From Bdellovibrionota bacterium FG-2 (GTDB lineage: Bacteria; Bdellovibrionota; UBA1018), in the NCBI GenBank assembly GCA_051382305.1, contig JBBCAV010000242.1, forward strand, positions 1-12,448: a DNA stretch of 12,448 nucleotides. Reading direction: 5' to 3'. The number at the start of each line of letters is the position of its first letter. The first letter of the stretch is position 1. The position numbers and the translations under genes are program-made. Below are positions 1-6,423 of this stretch, piece after piece. The notes beneath the pieces were generated by a model. That model was not told where the DNA came from and made no database searches. It saw only the letters and a program-made list of their open reading frames with translations.

Positions 1-493
1 CCATATGTCTTTGCTTGATATTGACGAGCGCATCTTAAAACTCGTTGAAGTGGTCGAGTTTGACAAATCGCCCATAAATGACATCAAAGAATTTTCGAAA
101 GTTTGTGACATCGGACTCGTGGAGGGGGGCTGCTGCAACAGCGATAACGTGCGGGTGTTGCGGGATTTTCGCAAACACTGCAAGATTTTAATTTCGGTTG
201 GAGCCTGCGCGATTACGGGGGGGTTGCCGGCGATGCGTAATGGAATTCCCGTGAGTGAGCTTTTGCGAGAAACCTTTCACGCTGGGCCCACGGTCGCAAA
301 TCAGCTGATTCCAAACGATGAGGAAATCCCCATGTTGCTCGATCGGGTCTATCCTTGTCACGAAATTGTCAAAATCGATGGCTATCTTCCGGGGTGCCCA
401 CCGCGAGCCGATCTCTTGTGGGAGGCTTTGAATCTCTTGATTGCGGGTCAGAGTCTGGAACAGTTGCATTTTGAGTCCGTGAGGTATGACTAA
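1..493 (+). CDS. hoxY: NAD-reducing [NiFe]-hydrogenase small subunit (HoxY-type), 5'-truncated by the window edge
   Basis: The frame reads H-M-S-L-L-D-I-D-E-R from position 2, so the N-terminal CxxC lies upstream of the window. Contains VEGG, GACAITGGLP and LPGCPP (proximal Fe-S cluster region). It ends about 30 aa after GCPP with no medial or distal cluster domain, as in HoxY. Overlaps the hoxH start by 8 nt. Confidence 0.9.
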   Translation, partial: HMSLLDIDERILKLVEVVEFDKSPINDIKEFSKVCDIGLVEGGCCNSDNVRVLRDFRKHCKILISVGACAITGGLPAMRNGIPVSELLRETFHAGPTVANQLIPNDEEIPMLLDRVYPCHEIVKIDGYLPGCPPRADLLWEALNLLIAGQSLEQLHFESVRYD

Positions 494-1961
494 GGTGAGA
501 AAAATTACGATCGAACCCATTACGCGAGTTGAGGGCCATGGTAAGGTCACGATCAAATTGGATGACAACAACAAAGTGATCCAGAGCCGTTTTCATATCG
601 TCGAATTTCGAGGGTTTGAGCGTTTTGTTCAGGGGCGTCCTTATTGGGAAGCGCCTGTCTTGGTGCAGCGGCTCTGCGGGATTTGCCCCGTAAGCCATCA
701 TCTTTGTGCTTCAAAGGCGATGGATGTGGTGGTTGGCGTGCCCTCGGATTTGCTCACGCCAACGGCTGATAAAATGCGGCGGCTAATGCATTATGGCCAA
801 TTTTTTCAATCGCATGTTTTGCATTTTTTTTATTTGGCCTCCCCTGATCTTCTTTTTGGCGTCAATTCGGATCCGCTTAAACGGAACATCGTCGGCGTCA
901 TTCAAGCTTATCCTGAAATTGCAAAAAAGGCAGTGCTGATGCGTAAATTCGGGCAAGAAGTGATTCACATGACTGCCGGGAAAAAAATCCATGGAACAGG
1001 AGCAATTCCCGGCGGTGTGAATAAGCATTTGACCGCGGCCGAGCGCGATGAACTTTTAGTCGGAACGCCTGAATTTAATGCCGATATTATGGTGGATTGG
1101 ATTCAAGAAGGGCTCACGCTTTTTAAGAATTATCACAAAAAGAATCGAGATTTGATCGATGGGTTTGCGGCTTTTCCCTCCAATTACATGAGTCTGGTTC
1201 GAAAAGATGGGGCCATGGATTTGTACCATGGAGTTTTGCGCGCTGTGGATTCCGAGGGTAAGAAGATTTTTGATCAGGTCGATTATCAAAATTACGCCGA
1301 CTATATTTCCGAGGAGATTCGCAGCTGGACGTACATGAAGTTTCCGTTCTTTCAGTCCTTGGGCGCAAAGAAGGGGTGGTACCGGGTAGGACCCTTGGCG
1401 CGGCTTAATGCCTGTGATTTTATACCGACGCCCTTGGCGCAAAAGGAATTTGAGGAGTACAAGGCGTATACCTTCGGCAAGCCCCACGGAATGTCGATGC
1501 ATATGCATTGGGCTCGGCTGATTGAGGCGCTTCATGCAGCCGAGAACATTCGAGACCTTCTCAAGGATCCTGATTTGATTTCGGGAGAGCTTGTAAAAAC
1601 GGGAGTACGAAAGGGCGAGGGAGTGGGTTTGCTTGAGGCACCTCGGGGAACGTTGTTTCATCACTATCGGGTCGACTCCAATGACCAAATTACGATGTGT
1701 AACCTCATTGTCTCTACGACGAGTAACAACGAGGGGATGAATCGCGCGGTTTCTTGGGTAGCCGATCAAGTGATTAGCGGGCAACGAGATATTCCTGAAG
1801 GGATGCTCAATCAAGTCGAGGTAGCGATACGGGCGTATGATCCCTGTTTGAGTTGCGCGACTCATGCGGTGGGGCAGATGCCTCTTGAAATTGTATTGGT
1901 GGATCTGGCGGGCAATGTTTTGGATCGAAAAATCAAAGATTCAGAGGAGAAGGGAAGATGA
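486..1961 (+). CDS. hoxH: [NiFe]-hydrogenase large subunit, group 3d (HoxH-type)
   Basis: N-terminal ITIEPITRVEGHGK, L1 motif RLCGICPVSH, EAPRGTLFHHY, and L2 motif YDPCLSCATH followed by a cleavable C-terminal extension. Lies directly behind a short HoxY-type subunit. Confidence 0.93.
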   Translation: MTKVRKITIEPITRVEGHGKVTIKLDDNNKVIQSRFHIVEFRGFERFVQGRPYWEAPVLVQRLCGICPVSHHLCASKAMDVVVGVPSDLLTPTADKMRRLMHYGQFFQSHVLHFFYLASPDLLFGVNSDPLKRNIVGVIQAYPEIAKKAVLMRKFGQEVIHMTAGKKIHGTGAIPGGVNKHLTAAERDELLVGTPEFNADIMVDWIQEGLTLFKNYHKKNRDLIDGFAAFPSNYMSLVRKDGAMDLYHGVLRAVDSEGKKIFDQVDYQNYADYISEEIRSWTYMKFPFFQSLGAKKGWYRVGPLARLNACDFIPTPLAQKEFEEYKAYTFGKPHGMSMHMHWARLIEALHAAENIRDLLKDPDLISGELVKTGVRKGEGVGLLEAPRGTLFHHYRVDSNDQITMCNLIVSTTSNNEGMNRAVSWVADQVISGQRDIPEGMLNQVEVAIRAYDPCLSCATHAVGQMPLEIVLVDLAGNVLDRKIKDSEEKGR

Positions 1962-2416
1962 AGGCCGCAGCGGGAGAGAGGGTCCTGTTGTATGGCATTG
2001 GAAATCCAGGCAGGCAGGATGATGGTTTGGGCGTCGAGGTGATTGACGCTCTTCGGGGAAAATCACTTCTCGGATTTGTTGATTTTGAGGCGAATTACCA
2101 ACTTAATGTCGAGGATGCGTTGCTGATTTCTCAGTATAATGTGGTGGTTTTTGTAGATGCGAGTCTTGAGCAGGAGATTCAGGGGCCTTACCAAATTCAG
2201 GCTGTGACTCCTTCGAATGAAATATCTTTTTCAACTCATGAGATGAGTGTTGGGGGAGTGCTTGGGTTATGTCAGCAGCTTTATGCCCGTAATCCGCGTA
2301 CTTTCTTAGTCGCAGTGAAGGGATATGAGTGGGGCCTTCAGGAAGGGTTGACTGATGGAGCTCGGCGGAACTGTGATCAGACGGTGGTGGAGGTGGCTCG
2401 GTTTTTTTCAGAATAA
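1958..2416 (+). CDS. hoxW: Hydrogenase maturation endopeptidase (HoxW/HyaD/HycI family)
   Basis: Motifs GIGNPGRQDDGLG, VVFVDAS and FSTHEMS supply the D/D/H metal ligands of this family. ATGA overlap with the hoxH stop. The gene symbol is assigned from context. Confidence 0.88.
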   Translation: MKAAAGERVLLYGIGNPGRQDDGLGVEVIDALRGKSLLGFVDFEANYQLNVEDALLISQYNVVVFVDASLEQEIQGPYQIQAVTPSNEISFSTHEMSVGGVLGLCQQLYARNPRTFLVAVKGYEWGLQEGLTDGARRNCDQTVVEVARFFSE

Positions 2417-2490
2417 CGCTGCGAGTTGTGATTTCGGCAATTGACTTTTATAGGGGGTCAAGGCTAGATCACTGCTTTCAGGAGAATAGT

Positions 2491-2619
2491 ATGCCATCAA
2501 GAAGAATGAAGTCGAAGACTGCTCGTAAGATCCGTCAAGCGCGAAAAGGTAAAATCCGTAAGCGCAAGGAACAGAACAAGGGGACCACCCCTAAGTTCTC
2601 GATCCACCTTGATAACTAG
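2491..2619 (+). CDS. Small highly basic protein, 42 aa (MPSRRMKSKTARKIRQARKGKIRKRKEQNKGTTPKFSIHLDN), function unknown
   Basis: Shine-Dalgarno AGGAGA at 2480-2485, 5 nt before ATG 2491, is a better start than the track's 2428. 16 of 42 residues are K/R. Fills the hoxW-metK gap on the same strand. Confidence 0.7.
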   Translation: MPSRRMKSKTARKIRQARKGKIRKRKEQNKGTTPKFSIHLDN

Positions 2620-2683
2620 TTAAAAAAAGTTGCAAGAAAAACTCCCAGCCAACACGCGATCCAATTAGTTAGGAGAGAGAAGA

Positions 2684-3856
2684 ATGAGCGCAAATCTTAG
2701 TAATTATCTTTTTACTTCGGAATCAGTCACAGAAGGTCATCCAGATAAAATGGCCGACCAGATCTCAGATGCCGTATTGGATGCGTTGCTTGCTCAAGAT
2801 CCGCGATCACGCGTTGCCTGCGAAACGTTGATTACGACGGGTTTGATTGTGGTTGCTGGAGAAGTGACGACGACTGCGCAGGCGAATTACGCTGATATCG
2901 CGCGCGCGACCGTGAAGAACATTGGATATGACTCTTCTGATAAAGGGTTTGATTATAAAACCTGTGGCGTGATGGTGACGCTGGATCGTCAATCTCCCGA
3001 CATTTCTCAAGGGGTGACCGCAGGCCAGGGTCTACATAATAAAGAACAAGGAGCGGGCGACCAAGGTATTATGTTCGGATACGCCGTACGCGAGTCCGAA
3101 GAGCTCATGCCGTTGTCCATCGATCTTTCGCAGAAACTTGCGCTTCGCTTGTCGAAAGTGCGCAAAGACGGAACGCTCAATTGTCTTCGTCCCGATGGAA
3201 AAACGCAAGTGACCGTCGAGTACGTCGACGGTAAGCCTCGCCGAGTGGATGCTGTTGTCGTTAGTTCTCAGCATGATGAAGCTGTGACCCACAAGCAAAT
3301 TCAAGAGGCTTTGATTGAAGAAGTCGTCAAGAAAACGATTCCATCTCAGTACCTCGATAACAAGACTAAGTTTTTTGTGAATCCGACCGGACGTTTTGTG
3401 GTCGGTGGCCCCATGGGCGATTGCGGATTGACGGGCCGAAAAATTATTGTCGATACTTACGGCGGACATGGCGCACACGGCGGTGGGGCTTTTTCAGGCA
3501 AAGATCCGTCAAAAGTGGATCGTTCGGCTTGTTACATGGGCCGTTACATTGCGAAGAACCTGGTGGCTGCGGGGTTGGTCGATCGTTGCTTGGTTCAGTT
3601 GGCCTATGCCATCGGGGTGGCAGAGCCAGTCAGCGTGATGGTCAATGGTTTTGGAACAGAAAAAGTTGACGCTCACAAACTCGAAGTTGCTGCTCGCGAG
3701 ATTTTCAATCTCAAACCGGCCGGCATTATCGAGTCGCTTAATTTATTGCGTCCGATTTATTTGAAAACAGCTGCATATGGCCACTTTGGTCGTGCCGAGC
3801 CTGAATTCACTTGGGAAAAAACCGACAAGGTTTCTGCTCTCAAGTCGATTAAGTGA
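2684..3856 (+). CDS. metK: S-adenosylmethionine synthetase (methionine adenosyltransferase)
   Basis: [49 protein letters not shown] and TAAYGHFGR are all present. SD AGGAG at 2671-2675. Confidence 0.99.
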   Translation: MSANLSNYLFTSESVTEGHPDKMADQISDAVLDALLAQDPRSRVACETLITTGLIVVAGEVTTTAQANYADIARATVKNIGYDSSDKGFDYKTCGVMVTLDRQSPDISQGVTAGQGLHNKEQGAGDQGIMFGYAVRESEELMPLSIDLSQKLALRLSKVRKDGTLNCLRPDGKTQVTVEYVDGKPRRVDAVVVSSQHDEAVTHKQIQEALIEEVVKKTIPSQYLDNKTKFFVNPTGRFVVGGPMGDCGLTGRKIIVDTYGGHGAHGGGAFSGKDPSKVDRSACYMGRYIAKNLVAAGLVDRCLVQLAYAIGVAEPVSVMVNGFGTEKVDAHKLEVAAREIFNLKPAGIIESLNLLRPIYLKTAAYGHFGRAEPEFTWEKTDKVSALKSIK

Positions 3857-3888
3857 TCAGGCTGTAGGGCGTAAGGAATAATAAAAGG

Positions 3889-4125
3889 ATGCATTGGCTC
3901 TATACAGTCGTGCAGATTTTCCCTTTTTTTGCGGTTCCCGCGGCGCTTGCTGCCGGACAAATAGGGATATTTTTTTGGCGCAAGAAGAGCAAATACCAGT
4001 ATCCCTTCTGGCTTTTGGCCCTGATTTTTCTCTCTTTGAGTGTTGTTTGGGCCATTTATCGAGGCGATCTTCACTCCAATGATTGGGTGAGAAGATACGT
4101 TGAGGACCCGCTTCGGGGAGAGTAA
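3889..4125 (+). CDS. Small hypothetical membrane protein, 78 aa, two predicted TM helices
   Basis: Two hydrophobic stretches (WLYTVVQIFPFFAVPAALAAGQIGIFFW and FWLLALIFLSLSVVWAIY) flank a basic loop RKKSK, consistent with the positive-inside rule. AAGGA at 3873-3877. Starts 32 nt after the metK stop. Confidence 0.62.
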   Translation: MHWLYTVVQIFPFFAVPAALAAGQIGIFFWRKKSKYQYPFWLLALIFLSLSVVWAIYRGDLHSNDWVRRYVEDPLRGE

Positions 4126-4230
4126 GAGCGAGGTTTGCAGTTCGGGTTTGGCATTGAGACCGAATTGGGGCTACGTAACCCCTCAGATTCCTTCAGAGAA
4201 AAATAGTCTTATTAAATCTTAGAAAAAATT

Positions 4231-4259
4231 TTGACAGGTCGGCAAAACTTGCTTAGCCT
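4231..4259 (+). promoter_or_regulatory. sigma70-type promoter for the first sigma54 activator gene
   Basis: Perfect TTGACA (4231-4236), 17-bp spacer, TAGCCT (4254-4259), preceded by an AT-rich UP-element-like tract (about 4198-4230). Confidence 0.75.
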
Positions 4260-4335
4260 TTACTTAGGGGCGATTCGGGGTGAATCGCCAAAAAGTAACC
4301 AGAACTCCAGGATGTGGGTTAAGGGGGGAGCATTG

Positions 4336-5400
4336 ATGCTCGCAATAAGATCTCCGTTGGTGGGTGAAAGTCCGGCAATTCAAAACGTTTTTGCAACTAT
4401 TGAGAAGGTATCTCAGACCGATAGCACGGTGCTGATTACTGGAGAGAGTGGCACGGGTAAAGAACTCGTTGCCAGAGCGATACACGATAACTCTCTTCGG
4501 GCCAACAGGCCTTTCGTGGTTGTGAATTGTGGCGCGATTCCGTCAGAACTTCTTGAAGCCGAGTTTTTTGGTCATATAAAGGGCGCTTTTACAGGGGCTA
4601 CTCAGACTCGTCAGGGTCGCTTCGAGATGGCTCACGGGGGGACGATTTTCTTGGATGAAATCGGCGATATGCCGCTTCATCTTCAAGTAAAACTCCTGCG
4701 CGTTCTTCAAACCAGGCAATTCGAACAGGTCGGATCTTCACGAACGGTTGAAGTTGATGTTCGCATCATCGCAGCAACGAACCGCAACTTGGAAGAGGCT
4801 GTAGCGAAGCGCGAGTTTCGCGATGATCTCTATTATCGCCTAAACGTGATTCCCGTTCCGATCCCTTCACTGCGTGAGCGACGCACGGATATTCCGATTT
4901 TAGTGAAGCATTTTGTGGATCAGTTCAATGAGCTTACCGCGCATAATGTTGAGGCGCCTTCAGGTCAAATCATGGATGCGTTGATGACGTATGACTGGCC
5001 GGGAAACATCCGTGAGCTTGAAAATCTCATGGAACGACTCGTGATTCTTAAGGGCCAAGGCACTGTTGATTTGGGTGATTTACCTCATCGGATTTTCCAG
5101 AAATTCGCAGAAGGTCAGCCTCCGGGTGATGGCGCCCTTTCAGAGTGGGAATTCCCTCGCATGGTACTTCCACGTTCTGGCGTAGATCTCAAAGCGATTG
5201 TCGCTGCGTTTGAAAATCATTTGGTTGATCAGGCCTTGACTCGCACAAGTGGAAACAAAAATCGTGCAAGTGAGCTTCTGCAGATGAATCGGACGACGCT
5301 AGTTGAAAAGCTTCGTAAGCGGGGAATGATTATCCCCGTTGAAACGAAGATGAAGAGCAACGAGGGCGGAATGGCTGCGGAGCAAGCGCCTCAGGTTTAG
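4336..5400 (+). CDS. sigma54-dependent enhancer-binding protein (AAA+ plus Fis HTH), FleQ/FlrA-like, without an N-terminal regulatory domain
   Basis: Walker [15 protein letters not shown] loop, Walker [31 protein letters not shown] and [26 protein letters not shown]. Start revised to ATG 4336 (GGGGAG at 4325-4330), because the track's TTG 4231 is the -35 box. Confidence 0.92.
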   Translation: MLAIRSPLVGESPAIQNVFATIEKVSQTDSTVLITGESGTGKELVARAIHDNSLRANRPFVVVNCGAIPSELLEAEFFGHIKGAFTGATQTRQGRFEMAHGGTIFLDEIGDMPLHLQVKLLRVLQTRQFEQVGSSRTVEVDVRIIAATNRNLEEAVAKREFRDDLYYRLNVIPVPIPSLRERRTDIPILVKHFVDQFNELTAHNVEAPSGQIMDALMTYDWPGNIRELENLMERLVILKGQGTVDLGDLPHRIFQKFAEGQPPGDGALSEWEFPRMVLPRSGVDLKAIVAAFENHLVDQALTRTSGNKNRASELLQMNRTTLVEKLRKRGMIIPVETKMKSNEGGMAAEQAPQV

Positions 5401-5423
5401 AGATAGGATTTAAAAATATAACG

Positions 5424-5471
5424 AAACGCCCTGGTTTTTGTCTAGAATAGACTGAAAATCAGGGTGTTTTT
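5424..5471. terminator. Long hairpin between convergent genes, probable bidirectional intrinsic terminator
   Basis: AAACGCCCTGGTTTT (5424-5438) pairs with AAAATCAGGGTGTTT (5455-5469) with two G-U pairs. Inner stem GTCTA-gaa-TAGAC. T-run 5467-5471 follows on the + strand. Lies between stops at 5400 (+) and 5494 (-). Confidence 0.7.
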
Positions 5472-5493
5472 GCGTTTGCCCGTCAGAAAAAGG

Positions 5494-6099
5494 TTACTGA
5501 AGTTTTTCGATCCGAATGCTCTCCACGAAACGTGCGTAAGGACCTTCATTTTCAGCAAAACTCTGAGGTCGGGAAACGAGCATCACATCATAGAAACATT
5601 TGTTTTTTCGGAACACGAGCGCGCGCAGTTTCATTTTTTCGCTGGCGAGTAATCCTTGGATTGTTGTTTCAATGGCGGGAATTCCAACTATTTTGAGCGA
5701 TTTCACGGTTTTCCCGCTTACGCTCTTGAGTTTGCCCAACATGCGCTTTGAAAAGGTTGTGAGATCATGTGCGGATTCTGCGCACATTCTGTTGAGTGAA
5801 ATAATTCCCGCGTTCTTCTTGTTTTGAAATGCGACATTTGGCGAAGACGGCTTTGTCTCGAGCCGCGCCCACTCTTCTTTTTCCAGTGAAAGGTCGAGAT
5901 AGGGAGCCACGGGTGTTTTTGTCTCCACTTTTTCGGCTGGGGCCACTTTGGCAGGAACGGGCGAAGCCTGAGAAACAGGAGCGCTAATCGGCGTAGTTTC
6001 TAGCGGCGGGGCCAGCGGCGGTCGGTGTGCGCAGCCTCCAATCATCAAAACCAGGCCTAGCGTGAACAAATTCAGAGTGATCGGGAGAGGTGATTTCAT
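5494..6099 (-). CDS. Putative lipoprotein, about 201 aa, with Pro/Ala-rich linker and possible PsbP/DcrB-like domain
   Basis: From ATG 6099: MKSPLPITLNLFTLGLVLMIGG-C, a signal peptide with lipobox-like IGGC. Then a P/A-rich tether and a beta-rich domain with a Cys pair (ISLNRMC...KNKCFYDVML) and a C-terminal helix. Alternative in-frame ATGs at 6111 and 6123. The track's start at 6345 runs through the divergent promoter. The fold call is pattern-based only. Confidence 0.7.
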   Translation of the reverse strand: MKSPLPITLNLFTLGLVLMIGGCAHRPPLAPPLETTPISAPVSQASPVPAKVAPAEKVETKTPVAPYLDLSLEKEEWARLETKPSSPNVAFQNKKNAGIISLNRMCAESAHDLTTFSKRMLGKLKSVSGKTVKSLKIVGIPAIETTIQGLLASEKMKLRALVFRKNKCFYDVMLVSRPQSFAENEGPYARFVESIRIEKLQ

Positions 6100-6130
6100 C
6101 GTTATATTCATTGTTATATTCATTGTTACA
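6095..6130. repeat. Three tandem copies of a 12-bp unit
   Basis: TTCATCGTTATA / TTCATTGTTATA / TTCATTGTTACA at 6095, 6107 and 6119. Confidence 0.9.
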
Positions 6131-6339
6131 AAAGAAGGTATACCGTCAATGCCTCGTCGTAAACTGTCGTTTTTCATGACGGTGAGTGTTCGTTCTCTGG
6201 CGGTTTTGTGGCAGAGGATGAAACCGATTGCTGACCCGAAAAAAATGCCGCTTAAAAAATACCTAGGCGGTTCAAAGTGTTCTAGGTCTATTCGGCCTAG
6301 GGCAAAAATTTCTTTAGGTTTTTTTTTCCTGGCTGCCCG

Positions 6340-6355
6340 TGGCATTGGTCTTGCT
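6340..6355 (+). promoter_or_regulatory. sigma54 (-24/-12) promoter upstream of the TPR gene
   Basis: TGGCATTGGTCTTGCT: GG at 6341-6342, 10 nt, GC at 6353-6354, close to the TGGCAC-N5-TTGCW consensus. About 70 nt before the start codon. Confidence 0.8.
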
Positions 6356-6423
6356 TATACAAGATGTGTAGTGCCGGACATAAATTGAGCAGGATGCTCT
6401 AAAGTGGGTTTGAGGAATAAACC

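Noticed and set aside
1056-1865. 269-aa antisense ORF inside hoxH, and other shadow ORFs such as 10120..10761, 3032..3478 and 12044..12334
   Set aside because: They overlap well-supported genes, show no recognisable motifs, and are typical antisense or alternate-frame shadows.
2428-2490. Longer 63-aa version of the small basic ORF
   Set aside because: No SD at GTG 2428, whereas AGGAGA is well placed before ATG 2491.
2613-2622. 10-bp perfect palindrome TAACTAGTTA at the small ORF's stop codon
   Set aside because: A single AT-rich palindrome of this length is expected by chance in 12 kb and has no supporting context.
4138-4182. Two small hairpins (CAGTTCGG/CCGAATTG and GGGG/CCCC) and TGGCATTGAGACCGA as a possible sigma54 promoter or riboswitch
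   Set aside because: The -12 element (CCGA) is poor, there is no U-tract, and no riboswitch consensus is recognisable. At most this is a weak 3' structure of the metK transcript.
4240-4253. CGGCAAAACTTGCT as a sigma54 -24/-12 promoter
   Set aside because: The GG-to-GC spacing is 8 nt rather than the required 10. It is better explained as an operator copy.
4231-4335. N-terminal 35-aa extension of the first activator (track start TTG 4231)
   Set aside because: The TTG is the start of the TTGACA -35 box and has no SD. A good SD precedes ATG 4336, where family similarity begins.
6095-6130. Tandem repeat as a CRISPR remnant
   Set aside because: The units are 12 bp, directly adjacent, without spacers, and no cas genes are present.
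6124-6345. N-terminal extension of the minus-strand ORF (283-aa version) and the overlapping + ORF 6062..6388
   Set aside because: The extension would bury the signal peptide and lipobox about 80 aa inside the protein, and it spans promoter-like, homopolymer-rich DNA. The region is more plausibly intergenic.
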